64,000 nucleotides of DNA from a virus. Lineage: Duplodnaviria; Caudoviricetes. A model generated the notes under the pieces. It did no database searches and was not told the origin of the DNA. It saw only the letters and a program-made list of their open reading frames with translations. How positions within the stretch are numbered: the stretch's first letter is position 1; each line of letters opens with the position of its first letter. Both the position numbers and the translations under genes were made by a program. Positions 36,522 to 46,238 of this stretch are shown in pieces. The stretch is from the IMG/VR virus record IMGVR_UViG_3300025121_000013. One strand, 5' to 3'.

Positions 36522-36576
36522 ATTTTAAAACCCCTCCTGTACAAAAGATTTTATTGCTATTTTTTAGTATTTAGAT

Positions 36577-36897
36577 TTAATTAATTTCTATAGGAGATGA
36601 ACTAAATGTCCATATTACATTCTTTTTCACAAACCCAATTCGTCTGGTAGCTAACTGAACTCCAATTCCATTATTTTTCTTAAATTCAATAATTAAACTA
36701 CTAATAAAAGTCCTATATATGATATTACATTTTTCACAATAATAATTATCTCTTTCCTTATTAATAGTTTTACACCCACAATTTAAACAATTTTTTATTA
36801 TTCTATCCCATGAAAAAGTTTTAAAACTATTTATAATATTTGTACAAAGTTCTTTACATTGTGGTTTTAAAATACAATCAACACAAAGTAGTTTCAT
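36577..36897 (-). CDS. Family C paralog
   Basis: CVDCILKPQCKELC / CLNC..CEKC. Confidence 0.75.
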   Translation of the reverse strand: MKLLCVDCILKPQCKELCTNIINSFKTFSWDRIIKNCLNCGCKTINKERDNYYCEKCNIIYRTFISSLIIEFKKNNGIGVQLATRRIGFVKKNVIWTFSSSPIEIN

Positions 36898-36913
36898 TTT
36901 GTTTTATTCCTCC

Positions 36914-37135
36914 CTAACATTTTCTTGATATAGAATGTTTATAGTCTATGTCTTTTAAAGGCTCATTACAAAATAAGCATCTGGTAAATCGATCATGATT
37001 TATAAAAAATTTATCATTTTTAACAATTTGTTTCCATTCTTTCATTAAGTTTAAAGTTATGGGGTTGAAGATTTTTATACAATCGTCACATTGTGAGTCA
37101 CAAGTTTTTGTTAAAATACAATGGCTACAAATCAA
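36914..37135 (-). CDS. Family C paralog, C-terminally truncated
   Basis: CSHCILTKTCDSQC / CLFC..C, then a stop. Confidence 0.65.
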   Translation of the reverse strand: MICSHCILTKTCDSQCDDCIKIFNPITLNLMKEWKQIVKNDKFFINHDRFTRCLFCNEPLKDIDYKHSISRKC

Positions 37136-37548
37136 AGTGAGATCCCATAATCACGAATAATTATATTATCAAAATCATTATCTTTAGAATTTTTATGCAT
37201 ACAAATATAGTATTTTTCTATCTCAAAAATATGTCTCCTATCAACCAATTGAATAATCATTAAATTTGAAAAATTGGAAAACATATAAATTAAATTTTCT
37301 TTTTCACAATGAAATTTAGGAGCCCCATTTATTAAGGAAAATCTATCAGAAGATATATTTTTCTTTTTCTTTAGAATATCATCACAAAAAATACATTTAA
37401 TGGGTTCTAAATTTCCTATCCATTTAGCATCAGAATGATGAACTGATAAAAGTTCTTAGATTTGATCTTTCTTGTTTTTTACTATTTGAATTAAATTTAA
37501 ACACGCTGTATTACAACATTTTTCTAAAATACAATGATCACATATCAT
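37132..37548 (-). pseudogene. Family C paralog with an in-frame TAA (37456-37458)
   Basis: MICDHCILEKCCNTAC..; the 139-codon frame is otherwise open. Confidence 0.7.
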
Positions 37549-37563
37549 ATCTTTCCTTTCATA

Positions 37564-37923
37564 TTATATTTCATATTGAGGCAAAGAAAAATCTAATTTT
37601 CCACTTTCGGAATTATAATTTTTTCCTAAGGTAATTTTTCCATTAGGAAAACTAGGATAATTAAATATGAAAAATAAATTATATTTTTGACCTTCTATAA
37701 TTAAAAAAATTCTATCAAGAAGAAAATAATATAAAATTTTACAATTGGGACATTTAAATGAATGTGGGTAGTTTTGAACACGTTTTAATTTCACTTCGCA
37801 AAAAATACATTTTAAAGTTTTATTAATACTCCAGATTTGTTTTTTAGATTTTTTAACGAAATCAATTATAAAAATACAAGGAGCATTGCATTCTTTAGAA
37901 ATAATACAATCAATACAAATCAT
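37564..37923 (-). CDS. Family C paralog
   Basis: CIDCIISKECNAPC / CIFC..CPNC. Confidence 0.75.
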   Translation of the reverse strand: MICIDCIISKECNAPCIFIIDFVKKSKKQIWSINKTLKCIFCEVKLKRVQNYPHSFKCPNCKILYYFLLDRIFLIIEGQKYNLFFIFNYPSFPNGKITLGKNYNSESGKLDFSLPQYEI

Positions 37924-38330
37924 TTTTCAACTATTCTTTTAAATTGATCATTTTTTATATAAAAATCTTTTGATAAATAAATATTTTTCTTGTGTGCCGC
38001 TACCTCAACAAAAAATAAATACGTTGAATTTAAGGGTTTTATAAGAAATATATAATATCGAGAAAATTCATATCTATTTTCATATAAAAATACAGTTTTA
38101 CATTTTTTGCACCTTTTTGGGAGTGCAAAAGAGCCATCTATTAAAGGTATGTTCTCACAAATTCCATCACAAAATAAACACGGTTCAAAATTCATATTAT
38201 TTAATATTTCCCATCTTCTCTTAACATGCCAAGCCAACTTTTTTAAAATAATTTTTGAATCATCACATGGAAAATTACATATTCTTGTTAAAATGCAGTT
38301 ATCACATATCATAAGTTTTAATCTCTCCAA
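37920..38330 (-). CDS. Family C paralog
   Basis: CDNCILTRICNFPC / CLFC..CKKC. Confidence 0.75.
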   Translation of the reverse strand: MERLKLMICDNCILTRICNFPCDDSKIILKKLAWHVKRRWEILNNMNFEPCLFCDGICENIPLIDGSFALPKRCKKCKTVFLYENRYEFSRYYIFLIKPLNSTYLFFVEVAAHKKNIYLSKDFYIKNDQFKRIVEK

Positions 38331-38365
38331 GCTCCTTAAGTGCGAACGTCAAATTCTTAAGGAGC
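38331..38365. other. Perfect 10-bp intergenic hairpin containing AAGGAG
   Basis: GCTCCTTAAG/CTTAAGGAGC. Confidence 0.6.
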
Positions 38366-38380
38366 ATTTTAGTTGTGAAT

Positions 38381-38914
38381 TTATCTTTTCTCAAAATGAT
38401 TTTTTCTAACATTATGAAATGTAGTTTCAGTTTCCCTTTTTAAATTTTCAGGTTCTTTAAAATAATAATAAAGATAGTACGGAACCAAATTATTTTTGTA
38501 GTACATATCTTCAAGAATATATTCTCCTCGGTTTCTGGCATATTGTGCTTTTGGATCTTTAATTATTTTCATTGTATATAAAAGTAAAACGCCTTTTGTA
38601 TTTTCTCCCAATTTTATTAAAATTCTCATATGTATTAAATATAACGATATGTCAGGACGTTTTCTTGTGAAAGAAATTATTTCTGGTTCACACTTTGCTT
38701 CAATCAATCTCTTTAATAAATCTTTTTCTGAAATGATAAAATTAAAATAATCTGAATAAATTGAATCAAGTTCAGGAAGATTTTTAAACCCTATTATTTT
38801 TCCTTCAAAGATTCCTGGAAGAAAATCATATGGGCCATTATTTGCTAAACAATTAGAACTTGTGAAGATTAATAAAAATATGAATAAAGATATCGTTTTA
38901 ACCATAGCTTTCAT
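38381..38914 (-). CDS. Secreted or periplasmic hypothetical protein
   Basis: Signal peptide-like N-terminus ending in CLA. Confidence 0.65.
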   Translation of the reverse strand: MKAMVKTISLFIFLLIFTSSNCLANNGPYDFLPGIFEGKIIGFKNLPELDSIYSDYFNFIISEKDLLKRLIEAKCEPEIISFTRKRPDISLYLIHMRILIKLGENTKGVLLLYTMKIIKDPKAQYARNRGEYILEDMYYKNNLVPYYLYYYFKEPENLKRETETTFHNVRKNHFEKR

Positions 38915-38952
38915 GAACGATTCCTTTCCTTTTTAAATCACATTACTAAAGA

Positions 38953-39273
38953 TTAAAAATTTTCTATAAATATCTTTGAGGAAACAAAATTTCTGCTAAA
39001 AATATATTTCGTTTTATAAATAAGCATTGTTAAATCATTATTATTATTATCTTTAATATGTATTCTTCGATTTGTGATAAAATAATGAATTGAACATTTT
39101 AGACATTTGGAACGCCCCATATATATTTTTAACTGGGAATTACAAAATATACATTTATTTATTTCATTGTTTAAAAAATTTAAAATTCTGTTTTTATTTT
39201 TAGTTATCTCTTCAAAAAGATTAATACATATTTCATTGCAATTAAAACCTAAAATACAATTAACACAAATCAT
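38953..39273 (-). CDS. Family C paralog
   Basis: CVNCILGFNCNEIC / CIFC..CLKC. Confidence 0.75.
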   Translation of the reverse strand: MICVNCILGFNCNEICINLFEEITKNKNRILNFLNNEINKCIFCNSQLKIYMGRSKCLKCSIHYFITNRRIHIKDNNNNDLTMLIYKTKYIFSRNFVSSKIFIENF

Positions 39274-39682
39274 TAGGCAACTTTATACTAACGCCGGGAA
39301 GAATTTCAGTTGAATTAAAAACTTTTGTAACTGTTAATTTTTTAAAGGAGTCATCGATAAAAAATTCTGTTTTTCTATCAAGAAATAATTGTATAACGTA
39401 ACCTCTTCCATTATAGTTAAAATATATATTACAATTTTTACATATTTTTACAGAATTATTTGGAGCTTGTTCTAATTTTGAATCACAATAAATACAATTG
39501 ATCATAATAGGTTGTTTTAAAACATAAAGTATTTCTTTTATTTTATAAATTATCAATTCATCCATGATTCTATGACAAGGATAAAAACATATATTTTTTA
39601 AAATACAAATAGAACAATATGTTCTTCCATCAATTTTTATATTTTTTAAAATTTTGTTTTTATCAAAAATATAGTTAGACAT
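39260..39682 (-). CDS. Family C paralog
   Basis: CSICILKNICFYPC / CIYC..CKNC. Confidence 0.75.
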   Translation of the reverse strand: MSNYIFDKNKILKNIKIDGRTYCSICILKNICFYPCHRIMDELIIYKIKEILYVLKQPIMINCIYCDSKLEQAPNNSVKICKNCNIYFNYNGRGYVIQLFLDRKTEFFIDDSFKKLTVTKVFNSTEILPGVSIKLPNDLC

Positions 39683-40067
39683 CTTGTTCAATGACCTTTG
39701 AAGAATAAAGACGCATACCATTTTTATGTAATTGAAAATGGTTTAAATCCATGCAAATTTCTATTAAGAAATTTTCACTTATTATAAGGCGAACATAATC
39801 TACGAAAATATAATATTTTTGCCCGCAAACGCAACATTTATAATTAAGTTTACTTTTTAGATAAATACCAGAATCTGCCATTTGTAAATTGTTATCACAT
39901 AACAAACATTTTGTCACTCTCTTAGATAAAGTATAATTTCTTATAAAATTATTTTTAATTTTTTTAATCTCATTTTCATATTCTTTGCAAATGTTAAAAC
40001 ATATTCTTTTTAAAATACATTTGCCGCAAATTTCTAAAAAGTTTTTAGAGAACATATTCTTTTCCAT
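39675..40067 (-). CDS. Family C paralog
   Basis: CGKCILKRICFNIC / CLLC..CCVC. Confidence 0.75.
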   Translation of the reverse strand: MEKNMFSKNFLEICGKCILKRICFNICKEYENEIKKIKNNFIRNYTLSKRVTKCLLCDNNLQMADSGIYLKSKLNYKCCVCGQKYYIFVDYVRLIISENFLIEICMDLNHFQLHKNGMRLYSSKVIEQDV

Positions 40068-40413
40068 GTGTCAAATGAAATATTTGTTTATCATTTTTTG
40101 ATACTATTAAATAAACCATTATAGTACTAATCTCAATTTTGTAATCTTCTTTTTTAAAACAAATATAATCTAAAAAACTATAATATAACTGGTTACAATT
40201 TGGACACTTATACCACATATTTAACCTATCTATTTTTATTTTTATAACTCTTTCACCACAAATTAAACATTGTTCTATATGTTTGTATAATTTAAAATCT
40301 TTTTCAAAATTATTTTTCATTTCTATAAGTTTATTTTTATATTCTAAGCAAATAGGAATACAAACATTTTTTAAAATGCAATTATTACAAAAAGTTAAAA
40401 TATTATTATTCAT
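40045..40413 (-). CDS. Family C paralog
   Basis: CNNCILKNVCIPIC / CLIC..CPNC. Confidence 0.75.
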   Translation of the reverse strand: MNNNILTFCNNCILKNVCIPICLEYKNKLIEMKNNFEKDFKLYKHIEQCLICGERVIKIKIDRLNMWYKCPNCNQLYYSFLDYICFKKEDYKIEISTIMVYLIVSKNDKQIFHLTHGKEYVL

Positions 40414-40774
40414 ATATGAACAGCAATTTCTCTTTGAAAGAAATATTTTCTTGATCAATAATTTTTTTAAAGTACAATACATTGCCAATATTAAAAACTT
40501 TAATTTCACAATTACCAATACAAAAAGAAAATGCCCAGTCACAGACTAAATTAAAATTATATTTGACTCCACACTTACAATTATAAGAAATGATAATTCC
40601 CAATGGAATTTCTAGATCACAAAAAATACAGTATCTGGGTTTCTCATTTAATAATTGATTCATTTTTAATTTTCTCGGTTCAAATTCTTCTTTGACAATT
40701 CTTTCACAAAATTCAAAACATGTACGGTTTAAAATGCAATTATTACAAAAAAACATTTTTATGTACTGTTTCAT
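40406..40774 (-). CDS. Family C paralog
   Basis: CNNCILNRTCFEFC / CIFC..CKC. Confidence 0.75.
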   Translation of the reverse strand: MKQYIKMFFCNNCILNRTCFEFCERIVKEEFEPRKLKMNQLLNEKPRYCIFCDLEIPLGIIISYNCKCGVKYNFNLVCDWAFSFCIGNCEIKVFNIGNVLYFKKIIDQENISFKEKLLFIYE

Positions 40775-41126
40775 TTAGTTCAACTGGAATATAACTATTT
40801 GTAACATTTTTCACTCTTTTAAAACCTATATTAAAATTTCTTTTCACTATCCAATATAATTCTTCGTTTTCTTCAATTACAACAAAACTTTCTGAGCAAC
40901 TCTCAACCCCTATGTTAAATTTCAAATTACAAAAATCACATTTAAAACTTAGAATATTTGATTGTTTATTTATCATTAATAATCTTCCACAATTCATACA
41001 TATTCTTTCTCCAACAAGAACACTTCTAATTTTTTCTAAAGATAATTTTTTAGAAATTTCTTCTATTCTATAACAATTTTTTTCACAAATTATTTTGCAT
41101 ATACAATCGGAACATGGAAATATCAT
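40743..41126 (-). CDS. Family C paralog
   Basis: CSDCICKIICEKNC / CMNC..CDFC. Confidence 0.75.
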   Translation of the reverse strand: MIFPCSDCICKIICEKNCYRIEEISKKLSLEKIRSVLVGERICMNCGRLLMINKQSNILSFKCDFCNLKFNIGVESCSESFVVIEENEELYWIVKRNFNIGFKRVKNVTNSYIPVELNETVHKNVFL

Positions 41127-41503
41127 AACGAAATCTCTCTTTCATCTTGAGGTTTAAATATTTTATATTTTGAAGTTCGTTCTCCTAAATTCAAATATAT
41201 CTTATCAAAGAATACTATTAAAAGAATTATTTCATACGGAGTTTTAATATAAATTTTTCCCATGGTTAAAAATATATTAAATGTATATGAAAGATTGCAT
41301 CTAGAACATTTTTTATGAAAAAGTATGTCATTACAATTAAGGGATGTTTTAGATAGAGTTTCCCCACAATTTATACAAATGTTTTTATTTGTTTTTATAT
41401 TATATAAAATATACTTTCTTTTTTCTTTAAAATTTTGAAGAATATTATAACAAGGAAAATGACAATTATTTTTTAAAATACAATTTAGACATTGTTTTGT
41501 CAT
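41123..41503 (-). CDS. Family C paralog
   Basis: CLNCILKNNCHFPC / CINC..CSRC. Confidence 0.75.
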   Translation of the reverse strand: MTKQCLNCILKNNCHFPCYNILQNFKEKRKYILYNIKTNKNICINCGETLSKTSLNCNDILFHKKCSRCNLSYTFNIFLTMGKIYIKTPYEIILLIVFFDKIYLNLGERTSKYKIFKPQDEREISL

Positions 41504-41871
41504 TCTAGATGTATTCTTATAAAAGCAGGATAATTCCATGCAGTTTCATCTGAATAAAAACTCATCCAATTTTTGCTAATACTAATAATTTTAGATCTTT
41601 GATCAATGGAAAATAAAAATCTATGTCCAGGTAATAAAAATTTTATGCACCAAGTTAATATAAATATTGTATTACAGTTTGGACAAATTTTTAATCTTTC
41701 ATACTCCTTAAAATCCTTAAGTAATTTTTCACAAAATATGCATTTATTTTTTCCTAATAAAATTAAATTTTTTGAAAGTGTGGTTTTGTTTTCTTCAAAA
41801 TATTTTTCAGTCAATGAACAAATTTGGTAACAACTATTTCCTAAAATACATTCTTGACAAGGAGGAATCAT
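41500..41871 (-). CDS. Family C paralog
   Basis: CQECILGNSCYQIC / CIFC..CPNC. Confidence 0.75.
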   Translation of the reverse strand: MIPPCQECILGNSCYQICSLTEKYFEENKTTLSKNLILLGKNKCIFCEKLLKDFKEYERLKICPNCNTIFILTWCIKFLLPGHRFLFSIDQRSKIISISKNWMSFYSDETAWNYPAFIRIHLE

Positions 41872-42259
41872 ATCTTATCATATCCTTAACTTTTCCATTT
41901 AAATAAAAATATTTATAATTCTTTGAAATTACCAAATGTGTTTCAGATATCTGAATGTCAAATATAAATTTGTGGTTGAATAAACGAAATTCAAAACACC
42001 CTACCATTGATCCAAATGCCGTATTACATTTAGGGCAGGTTTTTTTAAAAACAGATGGATTACTTTTTAATAATTTCTCTTTACAAAATATACATTGTTC
42101 ATTTATTTTTACAATATTGATCATATTTATAATTTCCTGTTTATTTTCTTCAAAATAATTTTTTGTTATCACACAAATTTGATAACAATTATTTTTTAAA
42201 ATACAATTAGTATCACAAGGGAGAAACAATTGAGATATCATACTGAGACGTATATTCAC
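41834..42259 (-). CDS. Family C paralog
   Basis: CDTNCILKNNCYQIC / CIFC..CPKC. Confidence 0.75.
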   Translation of the reverse strand: MNIRLSMISQLFLPCDTNCILKNNCYQICVITKNYFEENKQEIINMINIVKINEQCIFCKEKLLKSNPSVFKKTCPKCNTAFGSMVGCFEFRLFNHKFIFDIQISETHLVISKNYKYFYLNGKVKDMIRYDSSLSRMYFRK

Positions 42260-42554
42260 TGGTTTTAAAATACCAATATTCTTTTGTCAAATAAATTAAA
42301 AATCTACTTTTTGGTAAATTGACAACCAGGCTAAAACCATAAAATATATTCATAAAAGTAGTGGCACATTTGGGGCATTTTCCTCCAGGGACGTTTTGTA
42401 ATCTATCTAATTCAATATTACAAAATAAACATTTTTCTATAGATATTAAATTATCATCTGTTGAAAATAGTTTTCGATTTTCTCTAATATAGTTTCGAGT
42501 TTGATCACATATTCGGTCACATGCACTTATCAAAATACAATTCAAACAAAACAA
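42213..42554 (-). CDS. Family C paralog
   Basis: CLNCILISACDRIC / CLFC..CPKC. Confidence 0.75.
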   Translation of the reverse strand: MFCLNCILISACDRICDQTRNYIRENRKLFSTDDNLISIEKCLFCNIELDRLQNVPGGKCPKCATTFMNIFYGFSLVVNLPKSRFLIYLTKEYWYFKTSEYTSQYDISIVSPL

Positions 42555-42878
42555 TTAAATTATCACAGTGCAATCGTCATTTTTTATTTCATTTTTATAA
42601 ATAACCCCTTTATTAATTCTTATTTGTTTTGTATTTTTATTTATTGAGATTAAAAAATTATATTTTTTATTTAAAATCAGATAATATAGAGGATGCAAAC
42701 TCATATACATTAAATTTCAGTTCATACAATATAAATTAATTAAAGTATCCCCACAAAATAAGCAATTAGAAAAATCTTGATTTTTAAAGAACCGGTTTTT
42801 ATTTTTAAGAAAAGGGTCAATTATTTTTTGACATGATAAATTACAAAAATTATTTAAAATGCAAGTATTACAAATCAT
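42555..42878 (-). pseudogene. Family C paralog with an in-frame TGA at a conserved Cys position (42717-42719)
   Basis: MICNTCILNNFCNLSC..CLFC..YCMN*NLMY; 108-codon frame that is absent from the ORF track. Confidence 0.75.
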
Positions 42879-43327
42879 TTATAAATTATTTCTTTTATAA
42901 ATCGAGCTGGTGAACCATAATAAAGGCCTGGTTTTATTATGTTTTTAGAAACTAAAGACCCAGCCCCTATAATTGTATTTTCAACAATTTCAATTCCAGC
43001 TAAAATAATACAGCCAGACCCTATAATACAATTTTTATGAATGATAGTTATTTTCTCTTCTTCATCAGACCCAATATATTTAGTATGATTAAATATAACC
43101 CCTGGGCCGATAAAACAATTATCTTCAATGATAACATTTTTAGATATAATTGCGTTAGGCCTTATATTTACGTTTTTTCCAATAAAACAAGACCCGGTAG
43201 TTTTTACCCCATCTCCTATAATCGAATTTGATCTAATATGAGTTCCTGATTTTAATACAACCATATTTCCAATTAGAACATTATCACCAATAAAAACCTT
43301 ATTCTCAATTACACAAAATTCTCCCAT
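42875..43327 (-). CDS. Hexapeptide-repeat (left-handed beta-helix) acyltransferase
   Basis: Repeated IG.N/IG.G hexapeptides; IGAGSLVSK and GSPAR. Confidence 0.85.
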   Translation of the reverse strand: MGEFCVIENKVFIGDNVLIGNMVVLKSGTHIRSNSIIGDGVKTTGSCFIGKNVNIRPNAIISKNVIIEDNCFIGPGVIFNHTKYIGSDEEEKITIIHKNCIIGSGCIILAGIEIVENTIIGAGSLVSKNIIKPGLYYGSPARFIKEIIYK

Positions 43328-43331
43328 GTTT

Positions 43332-44009
43332 TTATCTCCTTAAACGTGCGGGATTTCCAAAATAAGTTGAATCTGGTTTTGTACTTTCCAATAAAACTGA
43401 TCCAATTCCTATGGTTGAAAACTTTGAAATGCATAGATTATTTGATATGGTTGATCCGGGTCCAATATAAGTTCCTTTCTCTATAACACAATCTCCGCAA
43501 ATTGTTGAATTGGCACCAATATAAACAAAATCTTTAATGATACTTTGCCCACCAATATGTGACCCAGCTATAATTGTGGAAAATTCTCCTATTCTAACCA
43601 TTGGACTAATAGTGACATTTGGCCCAATAAAAATTCCTTTCTCTAAAATATAATTTTTAGGCATTGACACAGAATGATGAATAACAGATAAAATTTGTTT
43701 GTCAGGAATGTTCATTTTTTTAATCAAATTAATTCGACTTTTCATATCGTTAACTTTTAACAAAGAAAAAGCAAAAAGGCAACCGTCATCTATACGTCTC
43801 TGAATATCATTAAAAGATTCAAGAACTGGAATTCCTAAAAAAACAGATCCAATTGGAAAATTATCATCTAAAAATCCCAAAATTTTATGTTCTGATTTCA
43901 CAAAATTTGTATAAAAAGTATGTTCTCTATAAATGCTTGCGCCGCCTATAATTGCATCTGCAATTTGTATTCCAGCTGAACGGACTCCGAGTATGATTAT
44001 ATTTTTCAT
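43332..44009 (-). CDS. NeuD/PglD-like sugar O/N-acetyltransferase
   Basis: N-terminal Rossmann-like IIILG..GFLDD, then hexapeptides and GNPAR. Confidence 0.85.
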   Translation of the reverse strand: MKNIIILGVRSAGIQIADAIIGGASIYREHTFYTNFVKSEHKILGFLDDNFPIGSVFLGIPVLESFNDIQRRIDDGCLFAFSLLKVNDMKSRINLIKKMNIPDKQILSVIHHSVSMPKNYILEKGIFIGPNVTISPMVRIGEFSTIIAGSHIGGQSIIKDFVYIGANSTICGDCVIEKGTYIGPGSTISNNLCISKFSTIGIGSVLLESTKPDSTYFGNPARLRR

Positions 44010-44269
44010 TTCTTCTTTCTCCTTCTATATTGAAATATCAATATTAAAATCCATAAATTTATTATGATACAAAAAATATTTGAAATTATCATTGGATTGT
44101 TTGAAATTTTGAACCCATAAATTATCCACCATATTTGTCCATGAATAACAATGAGCCATAATGATATCGAAATATCATCACTTCTTTTTCTTTGATACAA
44201 TTTGATAATTTGTGGAACCCCAGAAAAAGCCATTGATACCCCAATTATTGTAATCCAAAAATCAATCAA
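44006..44269 (-). CDS. SemiSWEET/PQ-loop family membrane protein
   Basis: GVPQIIKLYQRKRSDDIS..WWIIYG..PMIISN; three TM helices. Confidence 0.85.
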   Translation of the reverse strand: MIDFWITIIGVSMAFSGVPQIIKLYQRKRSDDISISLWLIVIHGQIWWIIYGFKISNNPMIISNIFCIIINLWILILIFQYRRRKKK

Positions 44270-44691
44270 GGAAGTACAAGCCTTACCACCCCATTGTGAA
44301 GCTTATCGTCTCTATACCTAGAAAAATCTTCTGAACATATATGAAACTGCCTCACAATATCCATTCTAAATATTCTAACATTTAAATGTTCTGTATGAAA
44401 ATAATCAATTAAAATTTGTTTTTCATTTTTAATAAGAATTGCAAAAAACTTATAATTAGGAGTGTATAAATATTGAACGTCACAAATTCCACAAGAATAT
44501 AAACAATTAGGAAACAAGTGTTCTTCTCTTTTGTTTAATAATTCTTCTCCACAAAATACACAATTATTTAATATTGTGTCTTTATAACTATTATTATCAA
44601 TTAATTCTTTGAAGTTAATCATTTTAATTAGATTTTTACACGGGGTTTCACATGTCTTTTTTAAAATACATTCTATACAACAAATTTTCAT
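44266..44691 (-). CDS. Family C paralog
   Basis: CIECILKKTCETPC / CVFC..CGIC. Confidence 0.75.
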   Translation of the reverse strand: MKICCIECILKKTCETPCKNLIKMINFKELIDNNSYKDTILNNCVFCGEELLNKREEHLFPNCLYSCGICDVQYLYTPNYKFFAILIKNEKQILIDYFHTEHLNVRIFRMDIVRQFHICSEDFSRYRDDKLHNGVVRLVLP

Positions 44692-44701
44692 TCTTCCTCC
44701 T

Positions 44702-45058
44702 TTAAGTTATATTGACATAATGATATTTATGAAGAATTAAAATATTATAAGTGTCTGGATGTTTATATCTGTTAAATCTATAAATATTAAAAAAACTATA
44801 AATTCGTTTAGAAATAAAAACATCAAAAATGAAATTAAAATTTGAATCTTTTTCAATTAATAAAAAACAATCGTTTCTATGACTTATCATTTGAAAAGTA
44901 ATATTACAATTCCCACATTGATTAGCGACTAAATATTTTTCACAAAAAATACATTTTTCTAATCTTATTAAATTTTGTATATTTTTTATTGTGTGAACAA
45001 AATCAATACAAACTAAATCACATGAATTTTTTAGAATGCAATTATTACAAAGAAACAT
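44702..45058 (-). CDS. Family C paralog
   Basis: CNNCILKNSCDLVC / CIFC..CGNC. Confidence 0.75.
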   Translation of the reverse strand: MFLCNNCILKNSCDLVCIDFVHTIKNIQNLIRLEKCIFCEKYLVANQCGNCNITFQMISHRNDCFLLIEKDSNFNFIFDVFISKRIYSFFNIYRFNRYKHPDTYNILILHKYHYVNIT

Positions 45059-45494
45059 CTAATTTCACCTGATTTTCTCGATTTAGGCTTATTAAATAAG
45101 ATATATTATATAACGAGTCTTTAAAATAGGTAGTGAATTTAAAAACTGTAAATAAAGTACTGTTTCTATTAGCTTTTATAAAATCAAAAATAAATAAATT
45201 TTTATTTTTTGATATTATTGCAAAACATTCAACTCTAGAAACACCTATATATCTTAATTTACACCCTTCACAAATAAAAAGATTATTAGATTTTTCAGTT
45301 TTTCCTGTTAATTTGTTTTTACAAAATACACAATGCTCTGGTCGTTTTCGATATTTATTAATACTATAATCATTTATAATTATTGAGAAATCTATTTCTT
45401 TAATAATTTCATCGCATGGTTTCATACATGTAAAACATAAAATACAATTATCACAAATTAACATATAAAATAAGTCCTTTATCTTTTTTATCAT
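45045..45494 (-). CDS. Family C paralog
   Basis: CDNCILCFTCMKPC / CVFC..CEGC. Confidence 0.75.
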   Translation of the reverse strand: MIKKIKDLFYMLICDNCILCFTCMKPCDEIIKEIDFSIIINDYSINKYRKRPEHCVFCKNKLTGKTEKSNNLFICEGCKLRYIGVSRVECFAIISKNKNLFIFDFIKANRNSTLFTVFKFTTYFKDSLYNISYLISLNRENQVKLDVSL

Positions 45495-45855
45495 GGATCA
45501 ACCTAGTCAAGTTTTGATCTGTTTTTAAAAACCGATGAGAAACATTTACTCGAAATATTATAAAATGCATACGATTTGAAGAAAAATTATCATAATCAAA
45601 AATAAATTTTGGCTTTATGCTTTCTGCATAAGATAATGAAAAACATTTCCAACGAAAAGTTGATGAATATATTATATTACAATTTTTACATTTTAAATCA
45701 AAAAAATTCCCTTCAAACACTTTTCCACAAAATAAACAAACGGGAGGAAAAAGCGTTACACCCTTAAAATGTTGAAAATTCATATTTTTTATGATCTCTT
45801 CACATGGCTTCACGCAGGTAAAAGTTAAAATACATTTTTCGCAGAGATCAATCAA
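45451..45855 (-). CDS. Family C paralog
   Basis: CEKCILTFTCVKPC / CLFC..CKNC. Confidence 0.75.
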   Translation of the reverse strand: MIDLCEKCILTFTCVKPCEEIIKNMNFQHFKGVTLFPPVCLFCGKVFEGNFFDLKCKNCNIIYSSTFRWKCFSLSYAESIKPKFIFDYDNFSSNRMHFIIFRVNVSHRFLKTDQNLTRLIHDKKDKGLILYVNL

Positions 45856-46238
45856 GGCGTCTTCTCCTTTGTATCTAAAGGTATAAAATTAAATGATCTA
45901 TTATGTAAAATATTTATAGCTATTTTTGAAAAAGATATATATGTCTGAATTTGTTTAAAAAATATTTCAATTGAGATTTTATGATTAATCAAAAGAATAG
46001 ATGAACAATATTCACAAGTTTCACGTATTATATGAGGAGAGGCATTATAAACTTTATATTTGCCATCATATAAATATTTTCCACAACAAAAACAATGTAA
46101 AAATTCTTTTTGATTAATCAGATCAAAAATAGTTTTTTGATTTTTAAAAATATATTGTAATGATGAAGCACATGATTCTTGACAATAACCAATTAAAATG
46201 CAATCTAAACAAGGGAATCTCTCAAATCTATTTTTCAA
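45852..46238 (-). CDS. Family C paralog
   Basis: CLDCILIGYCQESC / CFCC..CEYC. Confidence 0.75.
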   Translation of the reverse strand: MKNRFERFPCLDCILIGYCQESCASSLQYIFKNQKTIFDLINQKEFLHCFCCGKYLYDGKYKVYNASPHIIRETCEYCSSILLINHKISIEIFFKQIQTYISFSKIAINILHNRSFNFIPLDTKEKTP

